A stretch of 50,032 nt of DNA from Mesotaenium endlicherianum (lineage: Eukaryota): contig WELA01003361.1 of assembly GCA_009602735.1 (NCBI GenBank), positions 126,548-176,579 of the forward strand, read 5' to 3'. The notes under the pieces are model-generated. The model ran no database searches and was not told where the DNA came from. It saw nothing but the letters and a program-made list of their open reading frames with translations. A program made the position numbers and the translations under genes. Numbering within the stretch: position 1 is the first letter of the stretch; every line of letters begins with the position of its first letter. This document shows positions 26,801 through 38,821 of the stretch, in pieces.

Positions 26801-26941
26801 ACTGCGATTGACCACTCCACCCTCACCCGAGACGGCTCCCAGGTACGTCCCCACACATCCACAACAAGCGCAGGCAAAACCCGGGCCCAGCCCCAGGATC
26901 CACTCCTGACCAATCCCGGACCAATCCGGACCAAGCCCTGA
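23862..26941 (+). CDS. UTR7: Nucleotide-sugar transporter, SLC35D/UTr7-like (UDP-Gal/UDP-Glc transporter family)
   Basis: Exons 23862-23898, 24018-24193 (SVFINKAIF), 24614-25154 (VNIPMYGVLK...GDLSFNLAGY...YNNCWSLPF...LNLATYLCTLVNDSLTTSIVG), 25684-25742 (RTKSILQGIGGLFAFNDVL) and 26672-26941 (NLLGLLVNSCGIGWYAFEKY...*). Phases are consistent and the protein is multi-pass hydrophobic. The 3' end is uncertain (possible donors at about 26756 and 26843). Confidence 0.85.
26475..26660 (+). repeat. Three degenerate tandem units just before the last transporter acceptor
   Basis: CAGCCTGA...GACGCTCC units recur at about 26478, 26535 and 26622; the last supplies CACTGAC (branch-point-like). Confidence 0.6.
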
Positions 26942-29940
26942 CCAAGCCCAAAGTGGCAAACTTGGCCTTTCTGGGGGCCCAGTGAGACAGCCATGTGTGT
27001 TTTAAGCCGTGGGAAGGTTCTCGCTTGTGATACTGCTCGCGCCACTCCTGTGCGAGCCGCTGACGTGGCAAGGGAGCTAAGTCTCTGCTTCAATGTCGGC
27101 ATCGGCACTTCTTGGACTTAGGGGGGGGTGCATTCCTTGGGCACCACTGAAGCGGCACTAACACCAGCCGTTATCATGAAGGCCATTCCCTTGGGGAGGA
27201 CACAGCAAGTTGTGATGTTTAAGTGGGTTGCACCATTGGGGAGAGATTGACAGGGTGCGTGGGGCTCCACTTTCTGGGCCTTAGATCGTATAATCCATGA
27301 GCACTGGTCTCGAGAAGCTGATCATAACCCGCAGTCGAAAGGAATAGAATCAGGCAGCTCTCTTGCAAACCCAGCTTCCCCTCAAAGATCGCTAAGCACT
27401 CGAAGAGACGAGGCCGAGTATTGTCATCGAAGGCGGGTGTGACAATGACGCAAAAAAGTTGAGTGTCGTTGCGGGCGGATGTAACAATGACGCAGAAAAC
27501 ATCAGTGTCGTTGCGGGTGGCCCTAACTATGGGGCCGTAGGAGTGATTGCGGCGGGAGTCTGACCGCCCCGAGGGCAGTCGCAGTAAAGGCGAGAGGGAA
27601 GCTTCGGGAGCTAGTACCTTACGGGTGTTTACATGTTTGCGCAAGAATGGCTTCTATTCACTGCAAGGGCTGGGTCAAGTCAGCACAGCAGAGAGAGGCG
27701 TCTGAGGGGCAGGGGCAAATTTTTACTGGGAGTCTGAAATCCGGAAGTGGGCTGGGTAGTTGGTCCTGTGGTAGCTCCGCGAGCTCCAGAGGAGCTCCTG
27801 AGGATCTCTCGAGGACCTCCTGAGGATTGCTTGAGGAGCTCTTGAGGGCCTCTTGGGGGAGGACCTCTGGAGGAGCTCTCAAGAGCTCTCAAGGGGGAAC
27901 TTGGAAGCGCATCCCAGCAGGAAAGCACGTGGGGCCTCGAGGGGAGCTCCGACGCTCGGGAAACATGGGAGCGCAGCTCAGTAGAAAGAGCACACGAGCT
28001 TACGGGGCTTGGGAGTGGATAGACGCCGCGCTCGAGATGTGGGGGGGGGACGAAGTGGGGTACGAAAGAAACTGGGGGGCCTCAAGGAGCGTTTGCTTGC
28101 GAGCCCTCATTCGGCTTCTCACCGGCAGTTGAGGCAGCCGTATCGCCGGTGCTGCTGAGGTCGTGCTGCTGCGCTGCAACTTCTTTTGTGACCCTCAGAC
28201 GGGGGCTCTGCTTCTATCTTTTTCGGCTTCTGCCTCCCCCCCCCACCCCCACCCCCACACACACAGGATCGCTGCTCGTGGACCAGCCACGCGCAGCCTC
28301 CTCCGAACACTCCAGACATTGTGGCTGTACGCGGCTCTGTGTGCCAACCTGCTTCTCCCAAACTAGATGGGGCTTTTTTTCTCTCCTCAGTTAGACGAGG
28401 CTCTGCTTGCTTTCAGTCGGATGGGGCTCTCTCTTTCTCCTCAATCAGACTCAAGACAAGGCTCTGTTCTCTTCAAGTCGGATAGGGGCTCTGCTTCTTT
28501 CGAATCGCATGGACCTCCTTTTCTTCCCCGGCTCGGATGGGGCTCTGCCTCTCTCGAGGAGGGTGGGGTCCTTCTTCTCCTGAGTCAAATGGGGCTCTGC
28601 TTTCCTCGAGGCGGATGGGGCTCGGGAGGGGCTGGTGGCCAGGGTGGTGTTGGGGTTAACAAGTCAGCCTGCCAGATCCTATGTTCTGGGAAGGGGCGGG
28701 ACATGCCAGCATGGGTGGGGGTAGGGTGGACTAAGCGTGGTGCCATTGGGGGGGGGGTAAGGATCTTTGGGAATTTGCAAGATGAGACCAGCCCTCCAGG
28801 ATGCAAATCAGGATCTGTAGGCTCTAGTGCACTCGTTGCAAGCAACAGTGTAGAGTTGCTTTTGGGTGGGACGCGCGATACGTGGTGAACCGCTTGCTTC
28901 GAAGAACCACCTCTCGTGTTTCCTGTCTGCGCAGCAGTGCGCTGCAGATGCTGCATTATCAGGTCTGGATTGGGTCTGGCTCTGGTCTGCACGTGATAAC
29001 AGCTACCTCTTTCAGGGGCCAACTCCCCAACGCTTTCAAGCTTGAACTGTGGGAAGGGTGGGAAGAGAGCTTCCAGGGTGGGACCGTAGTTTGTCATTTA
29101 AGCCCAAGCCTGAGTCCGTGCCCGAGCCCGAGCCTAGGCCTGAGCCTGAGCCTAAACTGGTCCAAGATGTCGAGGCCCGAGCTGTGCATTGCCGAGCTCA
29201 TGTGAATGATTGGAGGCCCCTCGAGTAGGGTCACAAAAGAACCCGGCAGCACTGGCTCCCTCTGCACGGTCACGGCGGCCTGTGAGGAGACCGTGAGGCT
29301 CCCAGAGGGCCGAGAGCGGGGGCGCAAGGTCTGAGCTCTGCACACATGCAGCAGATGAATGACGCTCCCGGAATAGAATGCCAGACGTGGTCTTGTTTTG
29401 GGAGGGGGAAAGAGATGTATACTTCTTTCATAATCAGGGACACACTGGATACGGAGAGAACTGAGTGGACGTTTCGATCTCCTTGGTTGAAGGAGCCGAC
29501 AAGAATCTGTCGCTCTTCGCCGACGACCTCAGCACCTTGGGAGGTTCTGAGCCAGCTAGGCGTGGTTGGTGGCCGCTCGCTCCGTGTGCTTCAGAGCTCT
29601 GCTACTCAAGAGGGAGCATCAGAGTCGTGTGTTCGGGGGCTAGAGGAGGGCAGCAGAGTCACGAGTGGGGGGCTGCTCTCATTCGCATTCTCATTCGCGT
29701 TTGCATTCGCATTCGCGTTCGCATTCGCATGTCGCACGGAGGAGGGATCTGCTGCAGAGGGGATTCCGGCGCTCGCTGTGCTTGTTGGGGCGAGGGACGA
29801 GAGATTGTGCTGCAGGGGCCTCCTACAGGGAGGGCTGGCTGCACGTCAAGTCCGACATCTGTGACGTTTTCATTTCCCCGGTCCCGACGAGCCCTTGTAT
29901 GTGAAGCTGGTTGGCACGGCGCAGACTTGTGGAGAGCGCG

Positions 29941-30145
29941 GTAAGCAGTGAGTCGTGAGCCGTGAGCAGTGAGCGGCGATCGGTGAGCGGTGAGCGGTGA
30001 GCAGTGAGCAGTGAGCACCAATTGGAGAGCGGCGAGCTGTGAGCGAGAAGTGGCTATTGGTAAGCGGTGAGCGGTGAGCAGGAAGTGGCGATTGGTGAGC
30101 AATGATTGGGAAGCGGTGAGCGAGAAGCGGCGAGCTGTGAGCGGT
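29941..30145 (+). repeat. Degenerate 7-bp (GTGAGC[A/G])n array
   Basis: GTAAGCAGTGAGTCGTGAGCCGTGAGCAGTGAGCGG... repeated over about 200 bp. Confidence 0.8.
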
Positions 30146-32237
30146 GATAGAGATGGGGTGTGCAGACTGGTGTGCAGAGCAGAGCATTTCAAGCATGTGA
30201 TTCTCCGAGTCGATCGTGCTTGGGAGTGAGGAGAGGGGGCAGTAAGGGTGGTGAGGGTCAGCAGTCATTCTGTGGTTCAGATTGGCCTCATCATTGTCTC
30301 GTTTCGGTGACATTTAGTTGTCATGTGTGAAGCTTGCATCTGGTTGCTTGCGGTGAGGATAGGGTTCATTAGCTCCATCTTGGGCTCTCACACAGCTGCT
30401 GCCACTCCCTGAAATATTTCTCCAATGGATTCCTCAACCACCTCCCTGTCTCCTTCTCTCGAGAGGAAACCTAGCTCTGTTCTCCTCAAAGTATGCACGA
30501 GGAAGAATTCCTGAATCGAACCTGTGGTTGTGTTGCGCGTGGGCAGATTTCGCTAGTGCTGACCGCAAAGGAGATGGAGAAGGGCGCGCGGGAGCGCGGG
30601 GAGAGAGAGCCTCTTCTGTCCAACGGGAGGGTGTGATTATGTGATATATGTACGCGGGATACTCCGGCATTCGTTTATTATTTATGTTATGATCTTCTAT
30701 CTTTTGCACTAGGATTCGGCTCTGGCAGAACGAGAAGAGCAGCCGCCATCAGACAGATGCAACCGCGCCAAGTCGAGAGCAAGGTTTGACTTGTGGGGTG
30801 ATTTGACCGCGGTCAAAGTCAATGGGTACACATGTATGGTAGCGTCGGAAGACCTCGGGCACAGGTGGGGCAATTGGAAAGAGGCGGGTTATAGGTCCAG
30901 GATAAGGCATTGAGTCTACATTCTCGCACTAAGATAACAAAGGCAGGCGATACAGTCCGTGGAAAGTTGCCACAGCTGATAGTTTCCAACCCCTATGTAA
31001 TACTGTACAGGCGGCAGCTCCCTTTCCAAGGGAGATTCATTCTTACATTATTTTTAATACGCAGAGGAGTGTCACTATCTGCATGTCCCTTGTAGTCATT
31101 CTGCTCGGCAATAGCCTTTATTGCAAGTATAAGTACTGTTAAGAATACCCACTACACACCCCGCCTTCCATCAACAACATATGGAGGATATCTATGATGT
31201 TCCGAAGGGGCTCCGCGGGAGGGCGGGGGGAAGTAGAGATTCAATCAAATGAGAAGAATTTGCATGTCCTGACATGCAAACCCATAGTCCAATGATGTTC
31301 ACCAGAAAAGCATACATATGCAAAAGCTCAAAAGTGACAGCAATTCAGTATGATGAAACCCAGCATTTATGCAAAAGGGGTCATTGCCCAATCTACACAC
31401 TTGCATGATTGTAACTCTAATTTCTTGAGTTGCTGCAAAAAAGTCAAACTCACAAACCAACCTCTGAGCATGTCTCACTTGTTTGACACGATACAGCTCA
31501 GCGACAAACACCCCACGGACCACAAAAACCCTCCGGCCTTCACTGGAAGGTGTGGCGGGTACAACCAGCCATGGCCGCCCCCTCTCTCTCCGCTTGGACA
31601 GCCATGGCTGCCCCCCTCTCCTCACGTGACACCCTCAAATGCTCCGACGCCCTCCTTGCAACAGGTGTCATACAACCCTGGCCAACACCAGGCAGCCAAC
31701 GGCCATGGCACCTATACGTGTTTGCCCACGTGGCCCTTCTCTCTTGCAAGTCACCGGTACTGCACACAGCCGGCTCTCCAACCAACCTCCTTGCCCGACT
31801 TTAGTTGCGGCCAAGGCGAGGCAAGGTCTCGCCATGGTGGCCGAGGGTAGCGCACTGTGTCATCAAAAGTTCACAAATAAAAAAACAAAGGGCTATTGCT
31901 CACATTAGAACTCGCTACTTAGAGGGGCCATCCAATATGGACCTCAGACAATGACCTCTGAACCCCAAAGCCGAAACTTTAAATCCTCCTTTGCCACAGC
32001 CAAGTAATTGGACATACTTCAATACTTCCCGTCGTGTTTTTTGAAGTACTCAGTACTGCGCGAAATTAGAGCTTGCATTTCTTTTATCCAAAGGGGGTCT
32101 TACTGACAACCCCGAACCCGCCTACATACTAAAGGTAAGGTTTTAGGTCATGGAGTCATACTTATCGATGCACATCTATATACAGGTTCAATACATTTAT
32201 AATCGTAAAACCATAAGTGTACATGCATGCCCGCATT

Positions 32238-32239
<2 letters not shown>

Positions 32240-32272
<33 letters not shown>

Positions 32273-32452
32273 TGCATGCACGCACACGCGCGCACACACT
32301 CACACGCACACACACACACACACGCACACATGCACGCACATGTATATACGTATATGAACATGTCTATACATACACAAACAGAGGAGCGCATGTAGCAAAA
32401 CATGCAGTATGTGAATGAGAACACTCCCAGACACACACACACACACACACAC
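32240..32452 (+). repeat. (CA)n microsatellites downstream of the SETD7-like stop
   Basis: CA/CACG runs at 32240-32340 and 32432-32452. Confidence 0.85.
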
Positions 32453-32560
32453 TGCAATCATCAGCAGCTCGGCCACATCAGACCTCACCTCTCACAACCA
32501 GCCTCAGTGCCAGCGTCAACGCCCCCGGCACCTGCGCGCACGCGCGTTGCCCCTGGCCCC

Positions 32561-35500
32561 TCAGGCAGGGGGGGATGGCGAGGCGGCCAGCTGGCGGAAC
32601 CAGGAGGGCACCCCATGCTCCCCGTGCAAGTCGTAGCCATAGTCCACCGTGAGCTCCTCCCCCGCCCGCACGGCGCGGACGGTCCTGATGCACTTGATGC
32701 GCCCGAATCGGGGGTGCTGGAATGCGTCGTACTTTGCATTGGGGCACGCGCTGTGGTTGGCCTTGTGGCCCAGGCTCGCGGAGTACGCCGCCAGGTGGCG
32801 CAGCGGCGGGGGCACGTCGATCACGGTGTCCTCGTCTGCGTCCGCGCCGCCCCGGGAGGGTGGGGGAGAGGGGGGAGATGGATGCGAGAGAGAGAGAGGG
32901 AGGGAGAGGGAGACAAATGAAAGAGAGCAGCGGGGAGCAGGTGCCCGAGAATTGCGGTCAGCTTGCGGCTCAGCGTCTGGCGGCGGCGTGTTGTGGTCTA
33001 CATATGTCATGGTATGGACTCGTGACCTTGAAAGGCGAGGGTTGAAGGAGTCGCAGGGGTTGAAGGAGTCACGTGATTGGCGGGATGCAATCGTGCAGGT
33101 GGAAATCTGGTATGAACAGCAGAACGCTCAAGGCGCTCACGGTTTAATCAGCTCGTCTGGGTCCTCGGGCACAGCAGCAGTCGCCAGGTGGCGGCTTCTG
33201 GGGATTGTTCAGAACCAACAGCTTCCAACTTGTTTACGGAGTTTAAATGAGTGGCCCAGTTGCGCTGCCAAAAGCATGGACATGTTCGAGCCCTAGACTG
33301 CACAGTGCCGACATTGTGAGTGCGAACATGTGTTGGAGCATGCGTGCACAAGAGAGAGGGAGGGAAAAAGAGAGAAGGAGAGAGAGAGAGGGAGGTGGGG
33401 AGATGGATGAGAAGGATTCAGAGAGAAATAGGGAAGTACCAAGGGAGATGGTGTTGTCGTTGAGCTGCCAGTCGCGCGCATCCACCTCCCCGTGGCTCAC
33501 CTTCACACCGCTGCCAGCCCAAGCCACGCCACCGCACGCACGCAGGCACGCACGCACGCCATACGACCCCTGTCAGCCTCCGCTCGGCTGCAAGCACGCC
33601 TCGAAATAGCTGTCAGCCTTTCTGCCTGGCTGCAAGCACGTCCTGTGACAGCTGTCAGCCTCCATGTGGTTCAGGCAGCGGTTGGGCTCTCCCCCCTTTT
33701 CCTCCTCCATCCCCTTCCTCCTCTCGTCCCATTCCCCCCCGCACCCCCGCGGCGGCCACCGTGCCCCTTTCTTACTTGCAATATGAACCTAGTTTGGTAG
33801 GTTGATAGAAGTGCAGTGCAGGAGGGGGGGGGGGGGGCAGCAGCAAATTCAGCCGCCAAGTGGCGAATTGAGAGTGGAGAGAAGAGCGGCGCAGATTGTC
33901 ACGTGTCAGCATCGGTGCACTCAAGCCGGCACAGACGCGCGCAGGATTGCCCGGCCACGCGAAACACTAGATTGCTGGCGAGCGCCCACGAGTGAACAAG
34001 CGGACCAACAAAATCAAACACGGCATGGAATGAACTTGCGCCCTGAAATCTCGACAGGAGTCCGAGCACACGCGCCGGCACCTGCTCGGGGAGTGGGGGG
34101 GGGGGGGGGGGGGGNGGGGGGGGGGGGGGGGGGGGGGGGGGGGGTGAGGAGCGCAGCAGCCCGATTGCACCTACTTGTAGAACGACGCCACCTGTCCTGC
34201 CAGCATGTCCACTTTGGCAAACAGGGCCTCTCCCGCCCCCTCCACTGGGGATGCCGCCACATACACCTGCTTCTGCTCCCACCTGTCGGGCAGGTGGGGC
34301 TCCGCCGCAATGGCGCCACCTGGCACGCTCTCGTCGTATGTGTACACAGCATCGCCCTCCTCCGGGACTGCCCACTCCAGCAGCTCTTCCCCCTCCCCCT
34401 CCCCCTCTTCCTCCTCCTCAGCAGCAGCAGCAGCAGCAGCAGCACCAGTGGCAGCACCTGCAGGAGCAGGAGCAGCAGCAGCAGGAAAGGCGGCGTCCTC
34501 CTGCGATGCAGACAAGTGTCCAAGCCCAGCACCAGCACCAGCGCCAACCTCGGCCCCAGCCCCGCCGGCGCCCGCCTCCGTCGCCCGCACTGCCGCCCGC
34601 GCCCCTGACTTTGCGGCCCTCCCTGCCGTCCGCCCGGCCGTCCTCTCCGCTGTCTTTGCCGCCCGCAAAGCCACCCCTGCTGCCCACTCCCGGTACACGG
34701 CCCGTCGCATCTCCCCGCCGCTCCACTCCCCAACGAGCACGCCGCCCGCCATGGACCCGGGGGGGATTTGACGGCTGGGGTAGCGGTACACCACAGCCCT
34801 CCCCTGCAGCACGCCATCGCGCCACCTGCCCCAGATAGCCCCGCCGTCGTCATGGACCAGTAGCCCGGGGCCGTTTCTGGAGCCGTCCTTGTACTGCCCC
34901 TCGAAGGCGAGCACTCCCGTGGGGCCGTACTCTCGGACCAGCCCCTCGAGGGTGCCCGCGCGCCAGGTGCCGCGCAGGCAGGCGCCGCCGGGGAACGTCC
35001 AGGTGGCGCGCCCATGGAGCTCGTCGGCGCGCCAGGTGCCGCGCAGCGAGCCCCCGCCGCCCGGGAAGCGCAGCGTGCCCAGGCCCGCCCTCTCCCCGTG
35101 TCGAAACCTCCCCTCGTACCTCAGACACTTGCGCCGCCGCGGTTGCCCACGCACCTTCTTCTGTGGAGGAGCTGCCGTCACCCCCCCATTCTTCGCCTCG
35201 CTCCTCCTCCCCTCCTCCTCCTCCTCCTCCTTCCCCCGCATGGAAGTGCCAGCTGGCACTGCACCCTCCTCTGAGCCCCCCTCTGAGTTCTTGTCCCCAC
35301 TGGAGTCGCTGGAGTCGCTGTCGGAGCCGTCAGAGCTATCAGATCCGTCAGATCCGTCAGAGCTGTCAGGGCTCTCGTCGTCTAGGGGCTTCTCTTCGGG
35401 GAGCAGCCAGAGAGTGCCCCTGCCATGTGGCAGCCGGGCGGAGTCCAGGCCGCCTCTGTAAGCTGCGGCGCCTGGTATGCCGCTGAGGTCAGCTAATTTG

Positions 35501-35619
35501 TCCCCTCCTCGCCCAATCCGCTTCCCCCCCGGCATGCTCGCCAGCGGCTTGCTCGTGCCTCTGATTGGCTTCCCCCCTGCTCCACAATAGTCAAGATCCG
35601 GGGGCAGGGGATGGGGCAT
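32561..35619 (-). CDS. SETD7: MORN-repeat + SET-domain protein lysine methyltransferase, SETD7/SET7/9-like (596 aa)
   Basis: Exons 35619-34175, 33510-33440 and 32835-32561 join in frame. MORN repeats (YEGRFRHGERAGLG, FEGQYKDGSRNGPG) are followed by VYVAAS..GAGEALF..SFYNGVKVSHGEVDARDWQLNDNTISLDEDTVIDVP..YSASLGHKANHS..NAKYDAFQHPRFGRIKCIRTVRAVRAGEELTVDYGYD..PSW, collinear with human SETD7. Confidence 0.92.
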
Positions 35620-37983
35620 TGTCGTTTGTCAGCATTTCAGATATTGTTTCATCGCTGGGTGTGAGGAAAACAAGGTGCATGCGTGCTGTCTGAAAGACGT
35701 CAAATCTGGTCATGCATTTGACATGTTCCTTCTACTGACTGAACTCGTCGGAGAACGCAACAAGGCTCCCAGGGGGCAGATGCACCTTCCTACTCAGGCT
35801 GAGATAGTACACAGCTCATAATGTATGAGGCAACTGTCTGCCTCACCCGCACCAGCACCCTGAAGGTGCATGGCTGTGTGCTACCGGCAGATTAGAGATT
35901 GGAGCCTTATTTGAGACGGCAGACCAGGTCAACAAGGCCGACGGTGAATGCTGGTCAGCGCTGGTCAACTTCAAAAGCTGTGGCTCTTGAACCTGTTGAA
36001 GGATCAGCGATGATGACCTGACTGGATAGCCATCATCCCATATCTGCGTTGGTGGGTCAGCCAGAAAGTGACACCTGGTCCCAACAACATATATTGAGGG
36101 TCGCAACTCGCTGTGCCACATGTTCAAGTCTTGAAGGGTTGGTCTGGTGGAGATTTACACGTAGGCACAGGCAGAGGTCTGAGTGCTGCCGTGTAAGAGA
36201 GAGCGAGCCATGGCGCCCGAAGTCCCAGACACAGCATTTGTTCTCCTGTGAAGTGTGGGTTCGAAGGGCACATGCTGCCTGACATATGAGAGGGGTCTGA
36301 CGTGACAATGAGCAACCATTCTTCAAAGTACGTCACTATAATGCTCTGTGTGAAGGTGCTGCCTTCAACCAGCATATGAGGATCCCAGAAGGACCCACAA
36401 GGGAGAGGATGTGCAGGGTAGTTCTTCAGGGGTGCTCACCTTAAGACAGAAGTGCATTTGCGCAAGAGAAAGATGCACCACACGTAATTCCTCGGAGTAC
36501 GATCTCAGTACAGCTGATGTTCTTCACTGTGGTTCCTCATTACGTGAGTCCCAGACGAGCCAAGAGGAGCAGTCGACTGCAGTCTAGTGTGTCAGCTCGT
36601 GTCAGCTCGAAGTCTAACATCTGTGACTTTTTCAAGAGGAGCAATGTCTGCTTCCGGATGAACGAGCGCTACGTCTAAAAACTTCAAGACATCATGTTTT
36701 GAGGTCCACTATGAAGCACATTGATGAATGCGCACACTGAGAAGGATCGACGCTGGACTGACTTCCAAATTCTTAATGTGATCAGACCGAGATGAAATTT
36801 CATTCTAAAATAAGAGCAGATCAACGCAAACCAAAAATTTTATTTTGTCGCTAATGACTTCGAGAGAAAACGATTTCATGCATCACGTGTGCCTCCACAG
36901 CTCTCGGAATCACTAGGGACGCCCCAAGAAACCCCAAGGCCCATAGCAGACCTCTGCTTTAGCACAAAAATTTTACTCTGAAGATTCCGCTCCACTGTAA
37001 ATGACGTCAATGCTATGCTTCTCGGGTCCCAGTAGGGCTGAAGGGAAGCTCCGCTGAGGAACATCAGAATAATGGCGAGCCATAAATTTTTCCCTCAGTG
37101 AGGCAGGCAGCTGTGTTTGTCATGCAAGTGGTGAGCACATTGGGGCCTTGCTCCAGCTCTCGATGCCCCTCCTCATTCGCTATCTCTCCATAAAAACTCC
37201 CTCCAGCTGCATGAGAGTACAGAGGTGTCTGTAGCAGGTCGTGAATGACAGGCGGAAATTTTAATATGTTTGGAGAATGCCGCTTCAGAAGCATGCATGC
37301 AGTAAAGTAAAGTTTACTGCTGAGATTGGGTTTGGCCTTCTCTTGATGCCAGAAAGTCTCCGCAGGTGCATCTTCAAACAGCGGCTCAGCTCTTGCATGC
37401 TCATGCAGCGGTGGTGCAGTTCAGTCAGCGTGGCACTCAGTACAAGGCTAGTCAAAGGGCTAGTCAAAGGTTAGTCAAAGGTCAGTCAAAGGTTGATCAG
37501 AGGGTACGTTGGCATCTTCAAGTCCGGCTTCAGGTGGTTGATAGCACATGCAAGCATACATGTGTCGGGCTGCGAGCTTGTCTTGAAGCTGGCTTTTCCA
37601 AAAATCCAGCTATTCCTGCATGCTTGAGAAAAGAATCTGGAGCCATCCGGGGGCCATCTGGGGGCCAGCTGGGGCCGTCCGGAGCCACATTTGGTCCACC
37701 GGAATTGACCAGAGCCTGTGAATGAGCAAGTTGGGGCAGTCTGAAAATCCCCCAGCCCTCCCACCACAACTGCAAGCGGGCTCTCAGGCTTGCCTGGCAG
37801 CTGTGCGCCATGTGGCAGCAAAGACCTGGCCAGGCCAGGGCACGTACAGTGTCATTGCTTGGTTCAGACAAAAACTTGTCCATTGTCCAATGCCAGTATT
37901 TTTTACGATGGACAATTTGAAAACTCTGCTTGTCACAGCCCTACTTGTTACATGTGAAAAGTTGTTCAGAGATCTCAGGATGC

Positions 37984-38130
37984 AACCCGAAACCTGAAAC
38001 CCAAACCTGAAACCCACCCTAAAATCCAACCTGAAACCCAACCTGAAATCTGAAACCTGGAATCCTGAACCTGGAAGCCTTATTCTGAAACCCGAAACCT
38101 CCAACCCTAGAACCATAACTCTAAATCTCA
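37984..38130 (+). repeat. Degenerate telomere-like (AAACCCT/AAACCTG) interstitial repeats
   Basis: AACCCGAAACCTGAAACCCAAACCTGAAACCCACCCTAAAATCC...AACCCTAG resembles plant (CCCTAAA)n. Smaller arrays occur at about 38255-38310, 42150-42183 and 43143-43166. Confidence 0.6.
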
Positions 38131-38821
38131 ATCTGCGTGGGGAAGGGTGAGCACCCGGCCAGATGACAGCCTCACAGGCCCTCTCTGGTTGCCCCGTGGC
38201 GTTCCTAAACCCCAGGCCTGAACTCGCACTGCTACCCGAAGCCCATGCCCAAACCCTGCTCTAAAACCCTACCCAAACTCTGATGCCGAGCCCTGGTCCG
38301 GAACCCTACGCACGCTGCTGCCGACCTGCAAGTGAGAGGCAGCGCAATCCCTGCAGCAGCCCTGCCGACTTTCCTGCAGTAAGCTGCAGCCGGCTGTACT
38401 TGGACCAGCATTGTGGGAGGGGCAATTCTACTCTGGCACACCGAGAGGATTATTTCCACCATCACCTTTCTCGTACTGTTTCATCTGCCTTCCCCCCTCC
38501 CTCCCCCCCGCCGGCCCCCTTCCCCCGTCATCCCCGCCTCCTCCTCCTCTTCCCGCTCNNNNNNNNNNNNNNNNNNNNNNNNNNNNNNNNNNNNNNNNNN
38601 NNNNNNNNNNNNNNNNNNNNNNNNNNNNNNNNNNNNNNNNNNNNNNNNNNNNNNNNNNNNNNNNNNNNNNNNNNNNNNNNNNNNNNNNNNNNNNNNNNNN
38701 NNNNNNNNNCCCCCCTCCAGCAACCAACTCTGTCCTTTCCCTTGCCTGCCAGCGTGCCACTTGTCGCCCCGCTCCACCCGCCCCACCCCGCCCTCGTGTG
38801 CGTGTGCGCGAATGATCGCAG

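Noticed and set aside
28365..28625. Repeat-spacer-like pattern suggesting a CRISPR array
   Set aside because: Units are degenerate, the spacers resemble each other, there are no cas genes and the context is eukaryotic.
35843..37300. Short ORFs and splice-like signals upstream of the SETD7-like ATG
   Set aside because: No recognisable domain or consistent frame; more likely 5'UTR or promoter sequence.
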